Positions 1 to 5,626 of a DNA stretch of 5,626 nt are shown one piece after another. Origin of the DNA: a virus (taxonomy: Duplodnaviria; Heunggongvirae; Uroviricota; Caudoviricetes). Every line of letters begins with the position of its first letter. Position 1 is the first letter of the stretch. Position numbers and translations under genes: made by a program. The notes beneath the pieces were generated by a model. That model did not search any database. It saw only the letters and a list, made by a program, of their open reading frames with translations, and was not told the origin of the DNA. The stretch is taken from positions 1-5,626 of IMG/VR virus record IMGVR_UViG_2645727555_000026; one strand, 5' to 3'.

Positions 1-310
1 CTGGCTGACCACGTACAATATTGATTTCATCAAACTGCTCGTCATCAATGAGCACTCCCGCATGCGTCAGCGCATCCAGCGGTGCTTTCAGAATATTGTC
101 CAGGTCACGACGACGCTTATCCGGTGGCTCTGCAATAATTTTTATTGCCAGCCGTCCGGACAGGCTTAATTTCAGTCGCTGCTGGCGAACAATAAGCGCC
201 ACTGCCCGGCGATAACGCTCCCCGGCTTTTGATACAAAATATGTGCTGCCACGGCGTCGCCAGTAAGTGTTCACCGTCGGCGGGTAAGGTAAAACCAAAT
301 CTATGAGCAT
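1..310 (-). CDS. rusA: Crossover junction endodeoxyribonuclease RusA-like Holliday junction resolvase; partial, C-terminus beyond the left window edge
   Basis: Hand translation of the minus strand from ATG at 310..308 gives MLIDLVLPYPPTVNTYWRRRGSTYFVSKAGERYRRAVALIVRQQRLKLSLSGRLAIKIIAEPPDKRRRDLDNILKAPLDALTHAGVLIDDEQFDEINIVRGQP, open to position 1. It shows the RusA hallmarks as I recall them (PP.N.Y near the N-terminus, the acidic DKRRRDLDN block, DALT.AGV..DD). It is not in the ORF track because it has no in-window stop. It begins 12 nt downstream of the DUF968 stop. Confidence 0.85.
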   Translation of the reverse strand, partial: MLIDLVLPYPPTVNTYWRRRGSTYFVSKAGERYRRAVALIVRQQRLKLSLSGRLAIKIIAEPPDKRRRDLDNILKAPLDALTHAGVLIDDEQFDEINIVRGQP

Positions 311-322
311 CAGTCACCTCTT

Positions 323-1372
323 TTACCCGAGCACGCCGGTTGCAAAGGCGTGATCAAGAAAACGAAAAATTAACTCAATCTGAGAGCCGTACTTTTTCTC
401 AAACTCCAGCGGGTCTGCATGAAGTTCGTTGTGGTGCTCCCGGCACAACGGTAACGTGAAAATATCGTGGGCCTTTGTCCCCATTCCCCCCTGACCATGA
501 CCAATCAGGTGATGCGGATCGTCAGCAGGCTTACCACAACACGCACACGGCTGTGTCTTTACCCAGCGCGTGTATTTCTCGTTAACCCAGCGGCGACGTT
601 TAGGTCGTTTCATGAAAGATTCCGGAGACTCAGGATCAACGGCAATGCTGACCACCGTCTTTTCCTGTGGTGGGTTCTGTTGCTGGTGGGCGTGAGGCAG
701 CGGCGCAAGATTTTTTGTGCGCTGCTTCAGTATGCTGGTGGCGGTCTGCTCTCCCGGTACGATGTCGCTTTCACGGTACACTGAGCGGATTTTTTCCGCA
801 CGCAACCCCAGCGAACGACGTAATACCGCTTCCGGTAGCGCGTCCGCCACCTGATTGCGGACCGCCCACCAGGATAATTCAGCCAGAGATAATTCACGCT
901 CCTGCGTACCGCATATTGCGTGACCGATGACGTCAATCATCCATGCTGACAGGTTTTGATGAGCAAGTTGCTCGAGTGATTCGGATGTCTGGTCACGCAG
1001 CTGGTTGTCGCAGTGCCAGCACAACACCATTGCGCCGGTACCATAACGGTGAATAACGGTTTCACTGTGATGATAATCGCCGTGTGGCCACTGGCAGGAT
1101 TTAACATGGCGCAGTAACCAGTCAGACAATGCGCCAGCGCCACCAGCAGCACGAATCACCCGTGCGTTACTGAAAAACGGCAGCAATGTTTTGTCTTCCA
1201 CTAGCGGCTGGCGAACGGCAGGGACGATGCCGGACGGCAGATTACGCATGCTTTTCGGTTCCGGCTCCACCAGTACCCGGGTATTGTGGAATACCGGCAT
1301 GGATTCACGGCCCGGCTTAACGATCACCAGCCCGAGTTCCGGTACCAGAACAGGTCGAAGTAATACCCGCAC
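323..1372 (-). CDS. Phage nin-region protein, DUF968-like (YdfU-like), with a C-terminal HNH-like Cys/His metal-binding motif
   Basis: 349-aa ORF from the track, GTG start at 1372 preceded by a GGAGGT Shine-Dalgarno. The C-terminal segment CACCGKPADDPHHLIGHG...LPLCREHHNELH is a Cys/His cluster of the HNH-endonuclease-like type. The start overlaps the stop of the upstream ORF (TAA-C-GTG) and the gene is immediately followed by rusA. Family assignment is from memory, not a search. Confidence 0.75.
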   Translation of the reverse strand: MRVLLRPVLVPELGLVIVKPGRESMPVFHNTRVLVEPEPKSMRNLPSGIVPAVRQPLVEDKTLLPFFSNARVIRAAGGAGALSDWLLRHVKSCQWPHGDYHHSETVIHRYGTGAMVLCWHCDNQLRDQTSESLEQLAHQNLSAWMIDVIGHAICGTQERELSLAELSWWAVRNQVADALPEAVLRRSLGLRAEKIRSVYRESDIVPGEQTATSILKQRTKNLAPLPHAHQQQNPPQEKTVVSIAVDPESPESFMKRPKRRRWVNEKYTRWVKTQPCACCGKPADDPHHLIGHGQGGMGTKAHDIFTLPLCREHHNELHADPLEFEKKYGSQIELIFRFLDHAFATGVLG

Positions 1373-1373
1373 G

Positions 1374-1646
1374 TTACCTCCAGATGCGTTGCTGGAATGT
1401 GCGGGACGGACGCGGCGGGCGTTCGGAATAAAGGAGCCTGACGTAGATTATCCAGTGACGGTAGTCGAGGCTAAGGGCTTTCTTAAACTCATACCCACGT
1501 CTGCGGTAGTTATGAATCAGCCATTCGGCCTGTTCTTCAGTGCAGGGATCGTGCTGATACCAGTCATATTTGAATGTGTGAGAACACCGCCCTTGCCTGC
1601 TGGCAGGGGCGATATCAGAATTGTGATGTTTGGTATTGTGCGCCAT
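1374..1646 (-). CDS. Hypothetical small phage protein, about 90 aa; an alternative TTG start at 1700 would give 108 aa
   Basis: ORF from the track (1374..1700) with an internal ATG at 1646 (MAHNTKHHNSD...). Its TAA stop at 1376..1374 abuts the DUF968 GTG start, suggesting translational coupling. No recognisable family motif and no strong SD for either start, so start and function are uncertain. Confidence 0.5.
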   Translation of the reverse strand: MAHNTKHHNSDIAPASRQGRCSHTFKYDWYQHDPCTEEQAEWLIHNYRRRGYEFKKALSLDYRHWIIYVRLLYSERPPRPSRTFQQRIWR

Positions 1647-1716
1647 CGGTTTTCTCTGCTGGCGCAGCAGGTGCCAGTTGTTCAAGCTGGCGTGCGGCAA
1701 TATTGTCTCTGATTTC

Positions 1717-1746
1717 TGTTGTCGTCAACAGGCAACGTGCTATCAT
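1717..1746 (+). promoter_or_regulatory. Putative sigma70 promoter of parDE overlapping a short palindrome (possible ParD operator), inside a divergent promoter region
   Basis: TTGTCG (1719-1724), 16-nt spacer, TATCAT (1741-1746), about 35 nt upstream of the parD ATG. TGTTG (1717-1721) and CAACA (1726-1730) form an inverted repeat around the -35. On the opposite strand TTGACG (complement of 1721-1726) could serve as a -35 for the leftward operon. Pattern-based only. Confidence 0.35.
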
Positions 1747-1781
1747 CGAATGGTGTTCTATCCTACTCCGTGAGGTTTACC

Positions 1782-2039
1782 ATGCGTACAACCCAACAAT
1801 TCAGCATTACATTAACTAACGAAATGGCTGACATGGTGCGCGCCCGTGTGGCTTCCGGTGCCTATGCTTCAGAAAGCGAGGTCATTCGTGAAGGGCTTCG
1901 CGCACTGAATGAGCGCGATAAAGCAATCGAAGCGTGGTTAACGCATTCAGCCGCCCCCTCTCTTGATTCTATCCGCGAAAACCCAAACAACGGACGCTCC
2001 ATTTCACAGGTTCGCGCCGCGATTCGATCCGGGAAGTAA
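1782..2039 (+). CDS. parD: Type II antitoxin, ParD-like (ribbon-helix-helix, COG3609 type)
   Basis: 85 aa from ATG 1782 with GAGG SD 6 nt upstream (the track's upstream TTG start at 1719 is less likely). Sequence MRTTQQFSITLTNEMADMVRARVASGAYASESEVIREGLRALNERDKAIEAWL matches the ParD-type motif (..SASEVIR..LR.L.ER..). The stop lies 5 nt before the toxin start, the usual antitoxin-first TA layout. Confidence 0.85.
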   Translation: MRTTQQFSITLTNEMADMVRARVASGAYASESEVIREGLRALNERDKAIEAWLTHSAAPSLDSIRENPNNGRSISQVRAAIRSGK

Positions 2040-2044
2040 TCTGC

Positions 2045-2344
2045 ATGACATATGAAGTCATCATTACTCCTGAGGCCGAAGAACAAATAATCAACCTGCA
2101 CAGATATATAACGGAGAAAGCAGGGAACGTCATTGCTGACAATTTTGCCAATGCGCTTCTTGATTATCTTGATGGGTTTTCTACATTCCCGCATCGGGGC
2201 AATAAACGCGATGATATTCGCCAGGGGATGCGGGTAACTCATTTCCGCCACAGAACGATTATTGCTTTTGCCGTTGATGGCAGAAAAGTCTTTATTGTCG
2301 GTATCTATCATGGTGGGCAAAGTTATGAAACCGATTTCTTATAA
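2045..2344 (+). CDS. parE: Type II toxin, ParE/RelE superfamily (ParE-like)
   Basis: 99 aa, MTYEVIITPEAEEQIINLHRYI...FPHRGNKRDDIRQGMRVTHFRHRTIIAFAVDGRKVFIVGIYHGGQSY. Size and conserved pattern (Y.V.IT..AE.D, P..G..R.D.R.G.R, HR..I.F.V.G..V.I..I.HG.Q) are typical of ParE toxins. Immediately follows the ParD-like gene. Confidence 0.88.
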   Translation: MTYEVIITPEAEEQIINLHRYITEKAGNVIADNFANALLDYLDGFSTFPHRGNKRDDIRQGMRVTHFRHRTIIAFAVDGRKVFIVGIYHGGQSYETDFL

Positions 2345-2425
2345 ACTTTTACCCACATCATTCCGGTGTTAGAATTAACCGTCCGCCCCCCTCTCTTACT
2401 GGCGGATTCGTAGGCTATATAAATC

Positions 2426-2462
2426 AAAGATCCCGGCTCATGTTTGTGTCGGGATCTTTTTT
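2426..2462. terminator. Rho-independent terminator hairpin, probably bidirectional, shared by the convergent parDE unit and the minus-strand three-gene operon
   Basis: Perfect 10-bp inverted repeat AAAGATCCCG (2426-2435) / CGGGATCTTT (2450-2459) around a 14-nt loop, followed by a T-run on the plus strand (TTTTTT, 2457-2462) and preceded by an A/T-rich tract that gives a U-rich tail on the minus strand. It sits 80 bp after the parE stop and about 10 bp after the small-peptide stop. Confidence 0.7.
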
Positions 2463-2469
2463 CGGCGAT

Positions 2470-2553
2470 TTATCCCCAGCGGCAAATCGAATACACCACC
2501 AGCGCCACCGCCATCGCAATTCCTACCGTTGTGAATGCTTCAGGCCTGGTCAT
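2470..2553 (-). CDS. Unannotated 27-aa hydrophobic (single-pass membrane-type) peptide, third gene of the coupled operon
   Basis: Hand translation of the minus strand from ATG 2553..2551: [30 protein letters not shown] at 2472..2470. The ATG overlaps the TGA stop of the upstream 114-aa ORF (ATGA), with GGAGG (complement of 2563-2567) 9 nt upstream. A hydrophobic core is followed by a basic/aromatic RW end, and the terminator hairpin follows directly. Below the ORF-track size cutoff. Confidence 0.5.
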   Translation of the reverse strand: MTRPEAFTTVGIAMAVALVVYSICRWG

Positions 2554-2894
2554 CGTAAAACATCCTCCACGCTTGTCAGTCCGTTTCGCTCCAGGTAGTC
2601 CATCGCCTTATCCGGCAGTTTGCAGTCCGGCTTCGCTTTCCTCAGTTGCCAGGCTAACTGCTTTACCTGCATAGTTAACTCGTCGACCAGACGCTGATAC
2701 CCCACTGGTTTGTATTCATGCAATTTACCGGCTGGCTCTGCTGCCAGCGATGCCAGTGCGATTTCCAGAACAGCAATATCCATCTTATATGTGCGGATGA
2801 TGTCATGGTCGATTGTGCCCGGTATACACAGTCTCTGTGCTTCAATAGTCTCCTCTGCGTGAGCTATTAACTGCTCTCTGGTAATAGTGGTCAT
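2550..2894 (-). CDS. Hypothetical 114-aa protein (predicted mostly alpha-helical), middle gene of the coupled operon
   Basis: ORF from the track. ATG at 2894..2892 overlaps the TGA stop of the upstream 171-aa gene (ATGA) and an AAGGA SD lies about 9 nt upstream. No family motif recognised. Confidence 0.7.
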   Translation of the reverse strand: MTTITREQLIAHAEETIEAQRLCIPGTIDHDIIRTYKMDIAVLEIALASLAAEPAGKLHEYKPVGYQRLVDELTMQVKQLAWQLRKAKPDCKLPDKAMDYLERNGLTSVEDVLR

Positions 2895-3406
2895 GCCGCG
2901 TTTCCTTCTTTCTTATTAACAATTACACCGTCATATATTTCATTAAGGTGCCCTCTCAACTCCATGCGCCTTAATGCAGACAACATGTAATCGCATTCAA
3001 CCTGCTTATTTCCAGTAAATGGCTTATCGTCAGGATTACCCCAACAGCAATTACCCTTGGGCCACCCATGTACTTTCCGTACTCTTCCGTTAACAACGTG
3101 AAGTAATCCCCAGCCAGGTGGTAAATCCTCAATTGAAATAATTCCCGGCTCACTAATAAAGAATCGCCAGTCGCCCATTCCAAGAGACGGATTTTTACGA
3201 AAACGCTTTTTTCTATCTGCCAACAAGTCAGCACGAGAACATTTCGCCTCTATCAGGCATGATGCTGAATTTCTGAATCCCATAGCATCTGGCTGTTCTC
3301 CGGTACTGGTTACAGCTATAAAGCGGTCATGAAAACAAACCTTGAACCCGTTGCGCTTAAGGAACTTGTACGCAATCTGACAGAGTTCGCGGTGTGTTAA
3401 CGCCAT
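2891..3406 (-). CDS. Putative PD-(D/E)XK-fold nuclease-like protein (171 aa), first gene of the coupled operon
   Basis: The track ORF 2891..3436 starts at a TTG; ATG at 3406 with a strong AGGAG SD (CAAAGGAGAGTGAT-ATG) is the more likely start. Sequence: helix with Glu ([17 protein letters not shown]), beta-strand [12 protein letters not shown] (D40, codon 3289..3287), then 13 residues on, CLIEAKCS (E53-x-K55, codons 3250..3242), i.e. a PD...(D/E)XK arrangement. The C-terminal half has no recognised motif. Fold assignment is a motif-level inference. Confidence 0.7.
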   Translation of the reverse strand: MALTHRELCQIAYKFLKRNGFKVCFHDRFIAVTSTGEQPDAMGFRNSASCLIEAKCSRADLLADRKKRFRKNPSLGMGDWRFFISEPGIISIEDLPPGWGLLHVVNGRVRKVHGWPKGNCCWGNPDDKPFTGNKQVECDYMLSALRRMELRGHLNEIYDGVIVNKKEGNAA

Positions 3407-3551
3407 ATCACTCTCCTTTGATGCGAATGCCAGCAAGCCAGTTTCTTATGCCGATATATTCAGCGTTCCTGAAACCGCTTTTTACATACGCTGGGCTAAA
3501 AATGAAGTTATCGCCAGAGATCGCGAAGACTGGAAGCGCATCTCCGCATCA

Positions 3552-5144
3552 ATGCGCAAACAACCTGATGCGCTTCGCTACAGCCGCCAGACTATTTTTG
3601 GCCTTGTCCGTGAACGCCCGATCGACATTCACAAAGATCCCGTGGCACTGAACAAATACATCACTGAATACCTGACTACAAAGGGCGTGTTTGAAGATGA
3701 CGAAGGAACAAATCAGGGCACAGCTAATACTCTCTCGTCGCCAGTACCAGAAACTGACGCAGTGGAAACGGCAATTCAGGACAACGAAAAAACCGAATGC
3801 AAAGTGGAAGTCGAATCATCTGTAGAGCGTGAGGGGCCGTTCTACTTCCTCTTCAGCGACAAGGATGGCGAAAAATACGGTCGTGCAAACAAACTTTCTG
3901 GTCTGAATAAGGCGCTGGCTGCAGGGGCTACTGAAATCACGAAAGAAGAATATTTTGCCCGCAAAAACGGTACATACTCAGGTTCACAACAAAATACTGG
4001 TGCATCTGACACGATCGCACAACCGGAGCCGGTAAAAGTTACCGCTGACGAAGTAAACAAAATTATGCAGGCAGCCAATATCAGCCAGCCTGACGCCGAT
4101 AAGTTGCTTGCTGTATCACGTGGTGAATTTGTTGCAGGGATTAGCGACCCGAATGATCCGAAATGGGTGAAGGAGATTGAAACCCGCGATTCAGTGAATC
4201 AGAACCAGCAAGAAACGGAACAGAACGACCAGAAAGCGGAACAAAACAGCCCAAATGCGTTACAAAACGAGCCAGAAACGAAACAATCCGAACCAGTAGT
4301 GCAACAGGAACCGGAAAAAGTCTGCACCGCCTGCGGTCAGAGCGGTGGCGGCAACTGCCCCGATTGTGGCGCTGTCATGGGCAACGCAACATACCAGGAA
4401 ACATTCGATGAAGAGAATCAGGTTGAAGCTCAGGAGAATGATCCGGAGGAAATGGAAGGCGCTGAACATCCACACAAGGAGAACACTGGCGGCAATCAGC
4501 ATCACGCCAGCGATAGTGAAACTGGCGAGGCGGCAGATCCCTTAATTAAGGTGAATGGTCATCACAATCTCACATCCACCAGCAGAGCGGGGATTCATCT
4601 GATGATCGACATTGAAACCATGGGAAAAAATCCCAATGCCGCGATTATCTCAATAGGCGCAATATTTTTCGATCCACAAACCGGAGATATGGGACCGGAA
4701 TTTAGCAAGACCATCGATCTGGATACTGCTGGCGGAGTTATTGATCGTGACGTCATTAAATGGTGGCTGAAGCAATCACGTGAAGCGCAGTCTGCCATTC
4801 TGACCGATGAAATCCCGTTAGATGATGCACTACTGCAATTGCGGGAATTTATCGCCGAAAACTCCGGTGAATTTTTTGTTCAGGTCTGGGGAAATGGAGC
4901 CAACTTCGACAACGTGATTTTACGCCGTTCATACGAACGGCAGGGGATCCCCTGCCCCTGGCACTACCACAACGATCGCGATGTACGCACAATCGTTGAG
5001 CTAGGGAAAGCCATAGACTTCGATGCCAGAACAGCTATCCCATTCGAAGGTGAGCGCCACAATGCACTTGATGACGCCCGTTACCAGGCAAAATACGTTT
5101 CAGCTATCTGGCAAAAACTGATCCCGAGTCAGGCTGATTTTTAA
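3552..5144 (+). CDS. Multidomain phage protein (530 aa): N-terminal region of unknown function, acidic Gln/Glu-rich low-complexity linker, C-x2-C-x8-C-x2-C zinc ribbon, C-terminal DEDDh (DnaQ-like) 3'-5' exonuclease domain
   Basis: Long ORF from the track; 3552 is the first in-frame ATG after an upstream stop, with no obvious SD. Zinc ribbon CTACGQSGGGNCPDCG at about 4321-4370. Exonuclease motifs: Exo I MIDIETMG (about 4602-4625), Exo II VWGNGANFDNVIL, Exo III HNALDDARYQA near the C-terminus. Low-complexity segment NQNQQETEQNDQKAEQNSPNALQNEPETKQSEPVVQQEPEK at about 4195-4320. Confidence 0.85.
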   Translation: MRKQPDALRYSRQTIFGLVRERPIDIHKDPVALNKYITEYLTTKGVFEDDEGTNQGTANTLSSPVPETDAVETAIQDNEKTECKVEVESSVEREGPFYFLFSDKDGEKYGRANKLSGLNKALAAGATEITKEEYFARKNGTYSGSQQNTGASDTIAQPEPVKVTADEVNKIMQAANISQPDADKLLAVSRGEFVAGISDPNDPKWVKEIETRDSVNQNQQETEQNDQKAEQNSPNALQNEPETKQSEPVVQQEPEKVCTACGQSGGGNCPDCGAVMGNATYQETFDEENQVEAQENDPEEMEGAEHPHKENTGGNQHHASDSETGEAADPLIKVNGHHNLTSTSRAGIHLMIDIETMGKNPNAAIISIGAIFFDPQTGDMGPEFSKTIDLDTAGGVIDRDVIKWWLKQSREAQSAILTDEIPLDDALLQLREFIAENSGEFFVQVWGNGANFDNVILRRSYERQGIPCPWHYHNDRDVRTIVELGKAIDFDARTAIPFEGERHNALDDARYQAKYVSAIWQKLIPSQADF

Positions 5145-5213
5145 TGTTCAACCATCGCCGGTTGTGACTGGTATTCTGCAACCGGCCCTCATCTGATGTA
5201 AGAGATAAAAGCG

Positions 5214-5465
5214 ATGAGCGAAGTAATCATGATTGTCTCTCCCGGTAAATGGGTATCTGAAGAACAGCTAATTGCACTGAAAGGAATAAAAAAGGGAACG
5301 CTAAAAAAAGCCAGAGAAAAATCGTTTATGGAAGGAAGGGAATATAAGCATGTCGCCCATGACTGTATGCCATGGGATAACAGCCCATGCTTTTACAACC
5401 TGGAAGAAATAGATCGCTGGATTGAACGCCAGGCATCAGCAAGACCAAGGCGTCATCTTACTTGA
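5214..5465 (+). CDS. xis: Excisionase-like (Xis-type) small DNA-binding protein
   Basis: 83-aa ORF immediately upstream of, and co-oriented with, the integrase gene. Contains a GREY motif (MEGREYKHV) reminiscent of the lambda Xis DGREYLF segment. Assignment rests mainly on size and position; an alternative start at ATG 5229 is possible. Confidence 0.6.
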   Translation: MSEVIMIVSPGKWVSEEQLIALKGIKKGTLKKAREKSFMEGREYKHVAHDCMPWDNSPCFYNLEEIDRWIERQASARPRRHLT

Positions 5466-5499
5466 GTAAAAACAATACTAACCAATGAGAGAAGCTGAA

Positions 5500-5626
5500 A
5501 TGAAATATCCGACAGGCGTGGAAAACCATGGTGGGAAATTACGTATCTGGTTTGTTTATAAAGGTGTAAGAGTCCGGGAAAATCTTGGGGTTCCTGACAC
5601 AGCAAAAAACAGGCGCATTGCAGGTG
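5500..5626 (+). CDS. int: Tyrosine integrase (lambda Int family), N-terminal arm-binding region only; continues past the right window edge
   Basis: ATG at 5500 with a GAGAGAAG SD-like stretch upstream. Hand translation MKYPTGVENHGGKLRIWFVYKGVRVRENLGVPDTAKNRRIAG resembles the N-terminus of enterobacterial prophage integrases (PTGVE..G..RIWF.YKG.R.RE.L). Open to the window end. Confidence 0.75.
   Translation, partial: MKYPTGVENHGGKLRIWFVYKGVRVRENLGVPDTAKNRRIAG

Noticed and set aside
21-317. Track ORFs 21..215 (+) and 117..317 (-) at the left edge
   Set aside because: Both overlap the rusA-like reading frame in other frames or antisense; their translations are low-complexity (Ser/Arg-rich) with no motifs, whereas the rusA frame gives a clear family signature.
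467-1152. Track ORFs 467..784 (+), 667..930 (+), 727..936 (-), 937..1152 (-)
   Set aside because: All lie inside the 349-aa DUF968-like gene in alternative frames or antisense; they are Arg/Trp/Cys-rich as expected of shadow ORFs in GC-rich coding sequence, with no independent start signals.
1191-1819. Track ORFs 1191..1712 (+) and 1574..1819 (+)
   Set aside because: Antisense to the DUF968 gene and the small leftward ORF, and overlapping the divergent promoter region; no SD and no recognisable protein features.
1862-2320. Track ORFs 1862..2320 (-) and 1969..2151 (-) antisense to parDE
   Set aside because: Shadow ORFs opposite two genes with clear ParD and ParE signatures; no ribosome-binding sites.
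2444-2674. Track ORF 2444..2674 (+)
   Set aside because: Starts inside the terminator hairpin and runs antisense through the small peptide gene and the end of the 114-aa gene; proline/serine-rich with no start signals.
2971-3234. Track ORF 2971..3234 (-)
   Set aside because: Alternative frame within the 171-aa PD-(D/E)XK-like gene, which has the strong SD and motif support.
3394-3651. Track ORF 3394..3651 (+), including a possible ATG at 3502
   Set aside because: Out of frame with, and overlapping the start of, the 530-aa gene; no SD for either start and the translation has no recognisable features. It would matter only if the 530-aa gene start were mis-assigned.
3696-3824. Out-of-frame 42-codon ORF (MTKEQIRAQL...) inside the 530-aa gene, with an AAGGG upstream
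   Set aside because: Very basic, low-complexity product entirely nested in a well-supported long ORF; most likely a chance frame, although an overlapping gene cannot be excluded without conservation data.
3842-4798. Track ORFs 3842..4078 (-), 4260..4505 (-), 4345..4545 (+), 4595..4798 (-)
   Set aside because: All nested within or antisense to the 530-aa exonuclease-domain gene; no independent support.
1-5626. CRISPR arrays, tRNA/rRNA genes, attachment-site repeats
   Set aside because: No regularly spaced direct repeats, no tRNA-like cloverleaf region and no rRNA-like sequence noticed by eye. An att site would be expected beyond the integrase gene, outside this window; repeat detection by eye is limited.

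Overview
This window reads as the integrase-proximal end of a mosaic enterobacterial (E. coli/Salmonella-type) prophage. On the minus strand at the left are nin-region-type genes: a rusA-like Holliday-junction resolvase (runs off the left edge), a 349-aa DUF968-like protein with an HNH-like Cys/His motif, and a small hypothetical. In the middle, on the plus strand, is a ParD/ParE type II toxin-antitoxin pair that is AT-richer than its flanks. Converging on it from the right is a tightly coupled minus-strand three-gene operon: a 171-aa protein with a PD-(D/E)XK nuclease signature, a 114-aa helical protein and an unannotated 27-aa hydrophobic peptide. The two units share a hairpin terminator. 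On the right, plus strand, are a 530-aa protein ending in a DEDDh (DnaQ-like) 3'-5' exonuclease domain, an excisionase-like gene and the first 42 codons of a tyrosine integrase. The best candidate for an undescribed accessory or defence-type system is the three-gene operon, possibly acting together with the adjacent parDE. All calls rest on reading the sequence and recalled family signatures; no database search was run.
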